A stretch of DNA of 64,000 bases from Octopus sinensis (lineage: Eukaryota), in NCBI RefSeq assembly GCF_006345805.1, contig NW_021833708.1, positions 1 through 64,000 of the forward strand, in the 5' to 3' direction. This document shows, piece after piece, positions 1-12,949 of this stretch. Numbering within the stretch: position 1 is the first letter of the stretch; every line of letters starts with the position of its first letter. Below the pieces are notes generated by a model. It saw nothing but the letters and a program-made list of their open reading frames with translations. It was not told the origin of the DNA and searched no databases. Both the position numbers and the translations under genes were made by a program.

Positions 1-268
1 CAATGTTGTCTTTGAAACATATGTCGAATATAAAAGAATTCGAATAACATCTGCATTCAACTCCATTTATTTACTTATACTACACAAATTACTGCACATT
101 AACCCGGAGTTTCTACCTTTGAATAGGTCGCTACCTCCGTTACTTGCATGAATTTGTCCCTGGTGTTTTTTTTGCTCTGGTAACTGTTTATGAATTTTTC
201 CATGTTAACAGTAAAAAGAAAGAATAAAGGGGGGGAAAGAATAATGCATTTACATATATTATATATAT

Positions 269-302
<34 letters not shown>

Positions 303-519
303 ATATATATAATTATATCTGTGTGGGTGTGTGTGTGGGTGTGTTGGTGTGTGTTTGTGTGTGTGTACGTTATGTATCTATATTGTATATATGTATATAC
401 ATATAATATATGTATAATAGATGATTATATGCGTGTGTAGTATAATATATATATATATATATATATTATTAATATATATATATAGATACATACACTTATA
501 TATGTAAGTGTATATTATA

Positions 520-803
520 GCCAGTGGTTAGGGCAGCAAGCAATCTCGTGGTCGTAGGATCGCGGTTCGATTCCAAGACTGGGCATTGCGAGGTTTATTG
601 GGCGGAAAAACACCTAAAGGCTCCACGAGGCTCCGGCGGGGGTGGTGATCCCTGCTGTACTCTTTCACCACTCTTTCTCCCCCTCTTTCTTCTGTTGGCC
701 TGCTCGCTAGCCAGCGGGGTGGCGTCATTCGAAGGCTAAAACAATGCGAACGCATTGTGCCAGCGTTGTGTAAACTACATCTGAGGAATGGTCGGTCAAG
801 TGA
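520..803 (+). mobile_element. tRNA-derived SINE with bipartite RTE-derived 3' part
   Basis: A-box-like GTGGTTAGGG and B box GGTTCGATTCC (564-574). 698-743 matches the RTE 5' region 4581-4627, and 755-803 matches the RTE 3' end 7518-7566. Confidence 0.75.
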
Positions 804-841
804 GATTATACACTTATATACAATACATACATACATACATA

Positions 842-897
<56 letters not shown>

Positions 898-1356
898 ATA
901 AATATATACATATGTATATATATATGTTTGTATGTATATAGTTTATATCCAATTAAAAGAAGAAAAGTAAAGAAGATCGATCCTCATAACATCCAAAAGA
1001 ACATGTTTTCACTCTGATGAAATTATACTCATGTCACATAAATGTAAATTTAATGTATAAATTTGTAATAATTTCTTGAAATAGCTGTAAGCAGCAAAGA
1101 TGGCCAATTTGATAACAAAAAGTATTAAATTCCTTATCTCTAATTTCTTTATTTCTTTTAAATGAATATAAACCATGTGCTTAATAAGATCTATATATAA
1201 TATATATGCTTAATATAGATCCAATGTTTTAAGGGAATTTCATTCCCCCAAAATTCTAGGTATTGAATCAGTATTTCCTTGAAAACATCTATCCCTTCCA
1301 AAGGCTAACATATCCCCTAATTATATGTCTACATATTCATTTATGAATATATATAC

Positions 1357-1402
<46 letters not shown>

Positions 1403-2089
1403 ATGTATGTTAAATACATTATATGTATGTATGTATGTACATACATATACATATTATATGAATGTATGCATGTATGTATGTGGGCGTATATGTATTTCGG
1501 TTTTACATATTTTTCTAAATTCACACAAAAGGGTGACCTAAGATTAGAATAAAGACAAGTCCCACCCATGCTAGCATGGAAAGCGGACGCTAAACGATGA
1601 TGATGATGATGATGATAAGTACATGCACAAAGTTTTTCAAATAATTAGGAATAGCTTACGTCATACAAAATAAATTGCATTACACTTTGAAAGGATAAAT
1701 TGTAAACAACATTCAAGGTCACAGAAATTCAGGTCAGTTAAGGAGTAGCATGATAATGAGTGAAGATAGAATGTATAGATAAATAAAATTCCAGGAAAAA
1801 CACAATGAATAACCTTATTAGCTGAGAGGACTTACTTCCTGCCTACTAAAATTATATAAACTTATGAATTTAAAACCAGTTTGTTCATTCCAGCGAGAGA
1901 ACTCCAACTGAAAACCTCAAAAAAAACTTACTCAGCTGAAAATCTTAAAACTCAAACTTATCCAACTGAAAACTTCTGATTCAAGGTAAAGAAGAAATTT
2001 TCTTGACTTAAATCTTGTCATATATATATAATATTTTATCTTTTACTACTTAAAGCTGTGGCCATGCTGGGGCACACTGTCATTATTGA

Positions 2090-3135
2090 GAACTTCCTCA
2101 GATATGTGGAATTTGGTGAATAAGGGAGTTTGATGTCATTGCCCTTATTTGTGCCTCCTGCCACAAGGGAGGTTCATCTAGGATTCTCAACAGGGAGAGG
2201 TCCAGTTTTCTTTTGAAAACACATCCACTTTGTGTTAGTCACTCATGCTTTTTGGGAGAATATTAAAAAGCTGTGGACATTTAAAACCCAGGCTGTTGCA
2301 GTAATAACTGGTCCTGAAATGTGACGCAGTGTTGGGATATTTGGCTCTGTGCAGTGGTGACCCGTTCTGGCGTTTGTGTAGCTTTCAAAGCCAAAGTTTG
2401 GTACAATCCCTTCCAGATGTTTATATTACTGCATATCTTCCCCACCTTCACTCTAGGGGTAAAGTCTTACCTGTTTCAGCCTTCCGAGTAGTTGAGCTGT
2501 GCAATGAGATGATCTTCTTAGTAGCTTCGCTGGATTGCTTCAAGGTCCACTGTTAATTTTACACTGTGGGGTGACCGTTGTTAGGAGCAGTAGTCCAGGC
2601 AGCTGAGGATAAATGTCCTCCAGCGGACCATCATGATTTCTTTATCCCTGGCTCTGAAGGTTCTCAGGATCCATCCATCCAGCCATCTGCACTTAGTCGT
2701 CATCTTGCTAAAGTGCACTTGGAAAGAGGTATCATCACTCATGTCGATACCCAGATCACACACGTGATTGTAATTCCCCACTAGGCCAGTATACCCTGTA
2801 TGTTTTCCGTTCAAATTTGGGTGCTGGTAGTGCAGGGTTTGAAATTTTCCAGCATTAAACTGCATATTATTGCCTTCAGACCATCTGTAAATTGCATCCA
2901 GCTGGGGTTCTGTATTTTCTGTGAGATTTACATGTCTCCGTAGCTAGCAAGGGTATCCAGGCAGCTGAGAGCATATCTGAGAGGGCCACTATGAAAATCA
3001 GTGGCCCTAAGACAGTGCCCTGTGGAACACCACTCACTATTTGTGGTTCCGTTGAAGTGGTACCACTGGCTACCACTGCCTGACTTCTGTCTTTCAGAAA
3101 GTCATGTAACCATTCTCCAATTTTTCCAGCTGAAC
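2090..3135 (-). mobile_element. Degenerate CR1/L2-type LINE reverse transcriptase 3' fragment
   Basis: Minus-strand peptides IVSGVPQGTVLGPLIF, FNAGKFQTL and LSCLDYCS. A fragment of the adjoining upstream RT region (HGFRPSRSC...AKAFDKV) lies at about 9270-9660. Confidence 0.7.
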
Positions 3136-3139
3136 AAAT

Positions 3140-3720
3140 AATTTTTTGAGTTTCCTGTTCATCCTGATGTGGGGGTCATTGTCGAGATGTGCCTTAACTC
3201 GTAATCGAATCGCAGCAATGAACTCCTAAAATGGCCATAGGTGTGTTTGACTTGATTTTGTGGGACTCTTTTTGCTCCTGGACTCTAACCTACCATGGTG
3301 TTTTTAGGAACTGAACTTTTTTGATGTACTCTTTCGTTTGAGAGGAATAAAAAAAAATTTTTTTAGTTGATTTGATTGATATTTTCTTTTATTTTATTGG
3401 ATTTTAGTAGCATGACACACTTTAGAATTTTTGGTTGATTGTATATACCTTCTTGATAGGCCGTTCTATATACCTGCATTTTTTCGCATATATATTTTTT
3501 ACCTTCGAAGTTTTTTTATATATGTATAATTTATATGTTAAGAGCCATGGTAATATTTTATATGATGAAATGTTTGGAGGTACGGTGTTATATATAAAGC
3601 ATGGACTCGAATTTGATGTTTGTTTTATGATCAATGTTCTTTATCTCTGTCTCAATTACATTTGAGCACTTCTTTTTTGTAGTCCTATAAAACCTTTGTT
3701 TCCATAAAAGGAGACAGAAA
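3140..3720. repeat. Unclassified dispersed repeat; second copy at 9990-10590, inverted partial copy at 9715-9985
   Basis: Direct visual alignment (e.g. cctgttcatc...gtgggggtcattgtcgagatgtgccttaactcgtaatcgaatcgcagcaatgaactcc). Confidence 0.7.
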
Positions 3721-4043
3721 TTTTTTCTTGCTATATATACACACACACACACACACAACACATATATTATATTATATTATATATTATATATATATATATA
3801 TATATTATATATAATTATATATATATATATATAATATATATATATGTATATATATAATTATATATATATTATATATATATATATATAATATATATATGGG
3901 GGTGGAGTCTAGCTTGAACCTCCCTGAGATTTGAAACATATCCACTGGTCCTAGGGGGTGGAGTGTCCTCATCAATCATCTAGTTCCCCTTACGAAGTTC
4001 CTTGTAACACTAAAGATGAAATGAAAGCAAGGATTATGGCAGC

Positions 4044-4113
<70 letters not shown>

Positions 4114-4186
4114 TATATACATATATTGTTTATTTCCGTAAACCTGCCTTCGTCTTTTGTATTTTCATAAAGCTTCCCATTATATA

Positions 4187-4231
<45 letters not shown>

Positions 4232-4232
4232 T

Positions 4233-4304
<72 letters not shown>

Positions 4305-4341
4305 CATAATACATATATATATATATGTATGTATGTATGTA

Positions 4342-4373
<32 letters not shown>

Positions 4374-4375
4374 TA

Positions 4376-7300
4376 TGTCAGGTCGCTCTAGATTGCTACT
4401 GGTAACATGTAATCCAGTACAACCTGTTGCATGGTCGGGACGTCAGCGACTAAACTGACAACCCCACCAGGTTCGCTTGATGAGGAGGGTGCTGTTGGAC
4501 TCCCTGTGGGATGGAAAAATAAGACCCAACAAAGGGCGGATGAACTCCTGAAGAGTCAACGGCCATCCAACAAATTACCAGCCTGCCCACCCAGCCAGTG
4601 GGATGGCGTCATCTTATGGCTAAAACAGCACTAAGAACGAAGAGAAAAGGAAAAGGGCCTCAGTACCCTGCATGTCAATCGGGACACTCCATGACGGCTG
4701 AGTGCAACTCGAGCGACGAGAGGCTGCTAAGAATCACAGGTTCCTGAAAGCCGTCATGGAACAGGACTAAACTTGCCATATGCACCTACAACTGCAGGTC
4801 CATGCAGGGTGGCAAGAACTGAACCACCTAATGGAGGAGAGGAAGAAGATCAGGTGCGACGTGTTAGGGCTGTGCGAGACACGAGGAAGAAAGGAAGCGA
4901 GTATACGATGGCAAGATGGATGCATTGTGAGATTAGGAAGAGCAGAAGGTGCTAGATCGGTCGGAGGTATCGGATTCATCGTAAGTAAGGAATGGATTTC
5001 GAGGGTCGCTTCTTGCCATTTCATATCATCATGGATTGGTGTACTAAATGTGAACCTCTCAGGGAAGTCCACCCTCAAGATTGTCCAGACCTATGCTCCC
5101 ACAAGTGCCAGCGACGACGACGAGGTGGAAGAATTCTATCGACAACTAGACAAAGGGTTGGCTATGAAGTCCACTTACACTGTCGTGATGGGAGACTTCA
5201 ACGCAAGGGTTGGACATGGACGACAAGGAGAGGAATACGTCGGGAGATTTGGCATGGGAGAGAGAAACGAGAGAGGAGAACGTTTGGCTACCATGGCAGA
5301 GGCGAGGCAGCTCTACATGGGAAACAGCCTATTCAGGAAGAGGGAGAGGAAGAGATGGACTTGGATATCGCCGAACTCTAAGCACCGAAACGAGATCGAC
5401 TACATCCTGGTTGATAAGCGACGCATATTGCATGACGTCTCCGTCGTGACACCATTCAACACCGGCAGCGATCATCGTCTTGTAAGGGCGAAGGTCGTCA
5501 TCGACGAGAAGAGGGAGAAGATGGCTTATATTTGGCGTCGAAGGAAAAACGTGTCCGAGTCTACAACGAGGCAAAGCTGCAGGAAGCCATCATGCAGGAA
5601 GACTGGTGCCAGGAGACGACATAGACGATGACTACAACTCACTGATAGGGAAACTGAAGGAGTGTTTAAAGAAGGCTAAGGGTGTATGCCCAAGAGAAAA
5701 AAGAAGGGAAGAATCTCGGAAGAAAACTACGAAGTTACTCGAGAAGAGGAAAAATATGAAAGAGGACTATTGAAGATCACCTTGAATATTCCATTCTCAG
5801 CAGAGTGATTCGTCAGCAACTAAAGAAAAACTTTGAGGTATACCGGATGGAGAAGCTCTTGAAGGCCGCAGAGGAAAAGAAGAGCCTCAAGAAATGCAAG
5901 AGGGACATGGTACTATATAGATCGGAGGGACGGCCCTGAAAAAATACAGATGGAATACCGGTCAACGAGAAGAGCGAGATGGAAAAAGTTGCGAAGACTT
6001 CTACACCAAGCTCTTTAAGTCTACCAGAAATGTCCAGCCGTTACCACCACTCCAACAGGAAGAAAACGTGCCACCTATCCTTGTCAGTGAGGTTGAAAGA
6101 GCCATCGGCTCGATGAAAAACGGAAAGGCTCCAGGGAAAGACGGTATAACATCGGAGGTGCTAAAGTCAGGCAGAGAGCAGCTCTGGAAAATCCTCGCTG
6201 AGCGATTTACGCACTATCTAGACGAGGGAAGAATTCCCTCGCAGTGGAAAGAGTCAAATACGATCCTGCTGTATAAGAAGGGCGACAGAGAAGATCTAAA
6301 GAACACCGACCCATATGCCTGCTGTCTCACGTGTACAAGCTGTTCACGAAGATAATTCTGAACAGGTTGTCACGTCGTCTCGACGAACAACAACCGAGGG
6401 AGCAAGCAGGCTTCCGGAAGAACTACAGCACAATGGACCATATATTTGCTCTAACGCAACTGCTTGAGCGAGCAAATGAGTACAGCTGCCTCTTTGCGTT
6501 GCGTTTGTAGATTATGAGAAGGCCTTCGATAGCGTCGAAACCAACGCAGTGCTGAACTCGCTGCAGAGGCAAGGAATCGAAGCGCAATATGTGCAGCTGC
6601 TCAGAGAGGCAAATTCCGGATGCACCACCGACATAGCTCTACTGTCATCACCCATACGAGTGTCGGTCGAGAAGGGAGTGAAGCAAGGAGATACAATCTC
6701 CCCAAAACTTTTCACTGCATGTCTCGAACAGATCATCAGAGGCATCGAATGGCAAGGTGGTGTCAACATCAATGGCGAGCTCCTCACTCACCTCCGTTTC
6801 GCCGACGACATCGTACTCATCGCTGAAAACTTGGATCAGCTTCAGACCATGCTGACGGAGAGCTCGACATCAAAAGTTCTGCAGTAGGTCCAAGATGAAC
6901 CGCATGAAAACAAAGTTCATGCGGTCAGACAACGTACCAACAGGTCGAATGGTGATCGGCAGTGTGAGAAATAGGAGGTGAAGAATATGTCTACCTGGAC
7001 AGGAAGTAAATATGTGGGATATCAAAAAGGAGATCTCACGGAGAGTAAGGGCCGGATGGAAGGCGTTCAATGGCATAAGGGATGTGCTCAAGGGAAGGTT
7101 GGACAGGACCACCCACGCCAACCTCATTAACAGTGCAGTTCTGCCTGCATGTTATATGGTAGTGAAATATGGGCTACCACAAAGAGAGAAGAGCAAAGAC
7201 TGATAACGGCTCAAAGAGCCATGGAAAGGTCAATGCTTGGTATCTCGTTGAGAGAACACATAAATAGCAAGATCATCAGAAAGAAGTCCGGCGTGAGAGA

Positions 7301-7586
7301 TGTCATCGCAGAGTATACTCGCAGCAAGTATAGATGGGCTGGACACGTCGCCCGGCTCACCGATAATCGGTGGACGCACGCAGTTGTCGAGTGGTACCCG
7401 CGTGAGCGGAAAAGACCACCCGGAAGACCTCCACGACGGTGGAGTTACGATTTCAAGAGGACGATTGGGATCACGTGGATGAGAAAGACGCGATCCAGAG
7501 AGGAGTGGACAGCGTGCTGTGACCAGCGGTGTCAAATGGACGCCTGACGGACTGGTCGGTCAAAGTGATCAAAGTGATCAAAGTGA
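4376..7586 (+). mobile_element. Near full-length RTE-clade LINE (APE + RT), frameshifted
   Basis: APE motifs VMGDFNARVG and SDHRLV (ORF 4780-5631). RT motifs EKAFDSVE, VKQGDTISPKLF and LRFADDIVL. C-terminal WAGHVAR...RPPGRPPRRW. Tail (AAAGTGATC)n. Flanked on both sides by (TA)n. Confidence 0.95.
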
Positions 7587-7612
7587 TATATATATATATG
7601 TATAATATACAC

Positions 7613-7674
<62 letters not shown>

Positions 7675-7804
7675 AATATATATATATATATATATGCACA
7701 CATATATATATATACATACATATACATATATAGGCTTCGAATGTCCCATCTGTGTTTTTTGTATATCTTCTAAATGTTTTGTATTCTTCTCCCAGTTTGT
7801 AATT

Positions 7805-7839
<35 letters not shown>

Positions 7840-7882
7840 TATATATATATATAGATATTTATATATATATATATAATATATA

Positions 7883-7915
<33 letters not shown>

Positions 7916-7933
7916 ATATATATATGTATATAC

Positions 7934-7965
<32 letters not shown>

Positions 7966-8007
7966 CATATATATATGCATATATACAAATATATATATAT
8001 ATATATA

Positions 8008-9200
8008 TGAGGTGGTGAAGCACGACCTTCGGACTTTAGGCCTCACTGAGGAAATGACCAGCGACCGAGACCTTTGGAAATATTCTGTACGTGAGAAGAC
8101 CAGGCAGGACAAGTGAGCCCAGCCCACTTATGAATGCCTTTCCTCCCTTGGACACAAAAGACCTGTTGAGGCAAGCGAAGTCGATATAGAACCTCATCCG
8201 ACGACAGGCACCATGCCAACCCCCTTGCTTGCGAAGACATGTTGGGGCAAGCGAAATCGAAATCGAAATCGAATTGAACCAGCCAGGATCCCTGGTCTGG
8301 TGGTACGTAAAAAGCACTATCCGACTCGTGGCCGATGCCAGCGCCGCCTCCACTGGCTTCCGTGCCGGTGGCACGTAAAATACACCAATCTGACCGTACG
8401 ACAGGCACCCATGCCAACCCCCTTGCTTGCGAAGACATGTTGGGGCAAGCGAAATCGAAATCGAATTGAACCAGCCAGGATCCCTGGTCTGGTGGTACGT
8501 AAAAAGCACTATCCGACTCGTGGCCGATGCCAGCGCCGCCTCGACTGGCTTCCGTGCCGGTGGCACGTAAAATACACCAATTTGACCGTACGACAGGCAC
8601 CCATGCCAACCCCTTGCTTGCGAAGACATGTTGGGGCAAGCGAAATCGAAATCGAAATCGAATTGAACCAGCCAGGATCCCTGGTCTGGTGGTACGTAAA
8701 AAGCACTATCCGACTCGTGGCCGATGCCAGCGCCGCCTCCACTGGCTTCAGTGCCGGTGGTACGTAAAATACACCAATTTGACCGTACGACAGGCACCCA
8801 TGCCAACCCCCTTGCTTGCGAAGACATGTTGGGGCAAGCGAAATCGAAATCGAATTGAACCAGCCAGGATCCCTGGTCTGGTGGTACGTAAAAAGCACTA
8901 TCCGACTCGTGGCCGATGCCAGCGCCGCCTCGTCTGGCTTCCGTGCCGGTGGCACATAAAATACACCAATCCGACTGTGGCCGTTGCCAGCCTCGCCTGG
9001 CACCTGTGCAGGTGGCACGTAAAAAGCACCCACTACACTCACGGAGTGGTTGGCGTTAGGAAGGGCATCCAGCTGTAGAAACACTGCCAGATAAGACTGG
9101 AGCCTGGTGCAGCCTTCTGGCTTCCCAGATCCCCGGTCGAACCGTCCAACCCATGCTAGCATGGAGAACGGACGTTAAACGATGATGATGATGATGATGA
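8008..9200 (+). mobile_element. 5'-truncated RTE (second family) 3' end with 4 internal ~191-197-bp tandem repeats and (GAT)n tail
   Basis: Begins with the RTE C-terminus EVVKHDLRTLGLTEEMTSDRDLWK. Ends cgtccaacccatgctagcatggagaacggacgttaaacgatgatgat, the same tail as other copies in the window. Confidence 0.8.
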
Positions 9201-10595
9201 TATATGTGTATGTGTATATATGTATATATATATGTATGTATATATATATATATATATATAAGTAAATACAATGTCATGTAATCATTCTCCAAGTTTTCCA
9301 CATTTGCCAAGATCACGTAGTTTGTGGCATATCATATGATTAACTTTATCAAAAGCTTTTGCAAAGTATATTACGTCCACATTTGTGTTGTTAAGTAACT
9401 GTTTCAGCACCCAGTCATTGTGCTATAGGAGCTGTGTCAGGCAACTCCTACTTGGTCGAAAACCATGCTATCACTCAGCAAGTCACTTTCTTCCAGGAAT
9501 GACTTTGCTTGTGTGTGAAGTCAGAGACATAGGCCTATAAGTTATGGCACCTGCTCTGCTTGCTCCTTCATGGATTGGGCATATTATTCCCTTCTAAAGT
9601 TTGCTTGGCAGCTTGCCATTCGCAAGAAAACTCTGGAGGAAAATCTGTAGTGGTTTTTCCTGGCATATATATGTATATACATTATATATATATATACATA
9701 TATATATATAAATATTGATCATAGAACAAACATCAAATTCGAGTCAGCGACTTTATATATAACACCGTAACATTTCATCATATATAAATATTACCATGGC
9801 TCTTAAACATAAAAAGTATACATATATAAAATACAAAGAAGGTGAAAAATATATACACGAATAAAAACACAGATATATAGAACAGCCTATCAAGAAGGTA
9901 TATACAATTGGCTAAAAATTCCAAAGCGTGTCTTGCTGCTAAAAATCCAATTAAACTAAAATAAAATATTAATCGACTAAACAAAGAATTTGTTGAGATT
10001 CCTGTTCATCATGATGTGGGGGTCATTGTCGAGATGTGCCTTAACTCGTAATCGAATCGCAGCAATGAACTCCTAAAATGGCCATAGGTGTGTTTGACTT
10101 GATTTTGTGGAACTCTTTTTGCTCCTGGATTCTAACCTACTATGGGTTTTATGAAACAAACTTTTTTGACATACTCTTTCATTTGAGGGGAGTAAGAAAA
10201 TTTTTCTTTTTAGTCGATATTTTATTTGGATTTTTAGTAGCATGACACGCTTTAGAATTCTTAGTCGATTGTATATACCTTCTTGATAGGCCGTTCTATA
10301 CACCTGCATTTTATTCACATATATTTTTAACTTTGATGATTTTTATGTCTACTTTATATGTTTTTTTATATATGTATACTCTGTATGTTTAAGAGCCATG
10401 GTAATATTTATATAGGATGAAATGTTTGGAGATACGGTGTTATATATAAAGTCATTGACTCGAATTTGATGTTTGTTTTATGATCAATGTTTCTTTATCT
10501 CTGTCTCAGTTACATTTGAGCACTTCTTTTTTTGCAGTCCTATAAACCCTTTGTTTCCATAAAAAGGAGACAAAAATTATTTCTTGTCGTATATA

Positions 10596-10996
10596 TCTTT
10601 ATATATAAAAGAGAAATTGTGTGTCTGTCTCCTACGATTTAGATTCCTAACTACTCCCACATTTTGCAGTGCAGTTTAACCAAAACCGGATATCTTATTG
10701 TCGTGATTCATATCGAGCCCTTCTGGGTATTAGCGCACGTCTACGATGTGTCTACGATTTTAAAATTAATTTACTATAATTTTTTTTTCCATTTTAATGC
10801 ATTTTTTCGCTATTATATAAGGGAAGTAACACTCTAAAAATGTCTACGATGAGTCAACGATTTAAAAAAAAATTTACCATCACTTTTTTTTCCATTTTTA
10901 ATGCATTGTTTTGCTAATTTTTGGCTATAACTCTCTAAAAATGCTTATATAGTTATTTCCCTTACAAACCCGAGCAACGCCGGGCGATACTGCTAG
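10596..10996 (+). mobile_element. Non-autonomous Helitron
   Basis: 5' TC after A, subterminal hairpin cccgagcaacgccggg, 3' CTAG followed by T (A|T insertion). Confidence 0.75.
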
Positions 10997-11004
10997 TATA
11001 TATG

Positions 11005-11302
11005 TAAAAGGGCACCATTCGAGCGTGATCATTACCAACGTCGCCTTACTGGCACCTGTGCCAGTGGCATGTGTAAAAAGATTCGAGCAAGGTCATTGCC
11101 AGTACTGCCTAACTGCCCCCCATGCCGGTGGCACATAAAAAGCACCCACTACACTCTCGGAGTGGTTGGCATTAGGAAGGACATCCAGCTGTAGAAACTC
11201 TGCCAGGTCAAGATTGGAGCCTGGTGCGGTCATCTGGTTCGCCAGCCCTCAGCCAAAATCGTCCAACGCATGCTAGCATGGAAAGCGGACGTTAAACGAT
11301 GA
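11005..11302 (+). mobile_element. RTE 3'-UTR-derived short element with (GAT) tail; related copies at about 1560-1615, 16215-16400(-), 26508-26915, 29180-29315, 31925-32160, 32695-32780(-), 36628-36960(-), 63490-63650(-)
   Basis: Shared ggcacgtaaaaagcacc motifs and aggaagggcatccagctgtagaaac...catgctagcatggaaa...cgttaaacgatgat end. Confidence 0.75.
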
Positions 11303-11311
11303 TATACATAC

Positions 11312-11540
11312 TTTTTTGCTACCCACAAGGGGATAAATACAGAGGGGACAAACAAGGACAGACAAACGGATTAAGTCGATTACATCGACTCCAGTGCGTA
11401 ACTGGTACTTAATTTATCGACCCCCGAAAGGATGAAAGGCAAAGTCGACCTCGTTGGAATTTGAACACAAAACGTAGCGGCAGACGAAGTACGGCTACGC
11501 ATTTCGCCCTGCATGCTAACGGTTCTGCCAGCTCGCCGCA
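11312..11540 (-). mobile_element. tRNA-derived SINE family D; other copies 32165-32355(-), 45170-45365(+), 61672-61889(-), 63160-63300(-)
   Basis: B-box-like gttcaaattcc followed by the shared core gaggtcgactttgcctttcatcctttcggggtcgataaa...aagtaccag. Confidence 0.75.
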
Positions 11541-12949
11541 TATACACACATCGCATACACGTGCACAAAAAAAGGTTCATACACATGTCTATATACGCAC
11601 ATGCACAAGTAAAAACAGGGCTAGAGGCAACATACATATGAAAAATAAGTAATAAAACACGTCTATATACACGCATACCCGTATGCACGTACACACACAC
11701 GTCTCTATACGCGCATACCCGCATGTCTATATACGCACTCGCACACAAAAAGGTTCATATACACATCTATATACGCACATGTACAAGAAAAAACGGCTAA
11801 AGGCAAAATAGAGGAAAATGGGCAAAAAGTGTGTAAAAACGACAAAGACTAAAACACGTCTATATACACACATACTCGCATGCACGTGTGTCCACGTACA
11901 AGCTTTTTATCTCTCTATACTTTTTACTTATATTTCTTTATATTTTATATATATACATATCTATATATATTTTTTACGTATTTATAGAGATATTGTTTTA
12001 TAGGTTTATTGCTCATATATTTTTTACACATATTATTTCTCTATTCTACCTTCCACCCTGCATTTTCCCTGTGCGTATATAGACGTGTATATGGAATCTT
12101 TTGTGCGCACGTGTGGATGTGTGCATGTGTGTGGATACAAGCGTATATAGATGTATGTGTGTGTGTGCATGCGAGCATGTGCGTATATAGGACGTGATTT
12201 ACTTATTGTCTTTTTACATATTTTTTTACACATTTTCCTGTATTTTTCCCTTTGGCCGTGTTTTTTCTTGTACATGTGCGTATATAGACGTGTGTATGAA
12301 CCGTTTATTATGCGCGCATGTGTGTGTGTGTATATAGACATGCGGCTATGTGTGTATATAGACGTGTGTGTTGACCAGACTATCAAATGCTGTTACACAT
12401 CCCTGGTCACAATGTGCTTTGCATCATTTCATCTTTCAAGCAGGCCAGTGAGTGTTCCCCCTAATCACAACACAAGTCTATTGGAGGGTGATCCATTTAC
12501 AGCTGAGTGGACTGCAGCAAAGTGAAATGAGGTGTTTTTGCTCAAGAATACAAGGGACTGCTCAGTATGGGAATTGAACCCACAATCTAGCCACTGTGAG
12601 TGCAACACCCAAACCACTAGGCCACATGCCTTTACACACACATGCGCACACAAACACACACGCACACACACACACATGTATACATATGCATATACATAGA
12701 TGTACATATGCTTGCATATGCATGTATGGTAGTCATTTTTACGTCTGTTTTCCATGCTAGCATGGGTTAGATGAATATGTATTTGATGCCTTTTTTTATT
12801 TCTGGATCCCCTTCATGTCCTTAATCCTTACCTGTTGCTCAAGTAGGGGATCTCTTATTCCAATGGTCTATTCGTCAACGGGAGAAATGATTACAATCTA
12901 ATCACCGAAAGCTAAGAAATTGCCAGAGACAACAAATGTAAATACACAC

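Noticed and set aside
4480-4630. HDV-like ribozyme in the RTE 5' region (GCUAA followed by AACAGCAC, complementary to GUGCUGUU)
   Set aside because: I could not place P3/L3 (UCCUCG-like) and P1/P1.1 in the required order. It is kept only as a covarying stem.
8036-9162. Overlapping 180-260-aa ORFs on both strands
   Set aside because: They arise from GC-rich tandem repeats in an RTE 3' UTR, show no domain signature, and are open in several frames at once.
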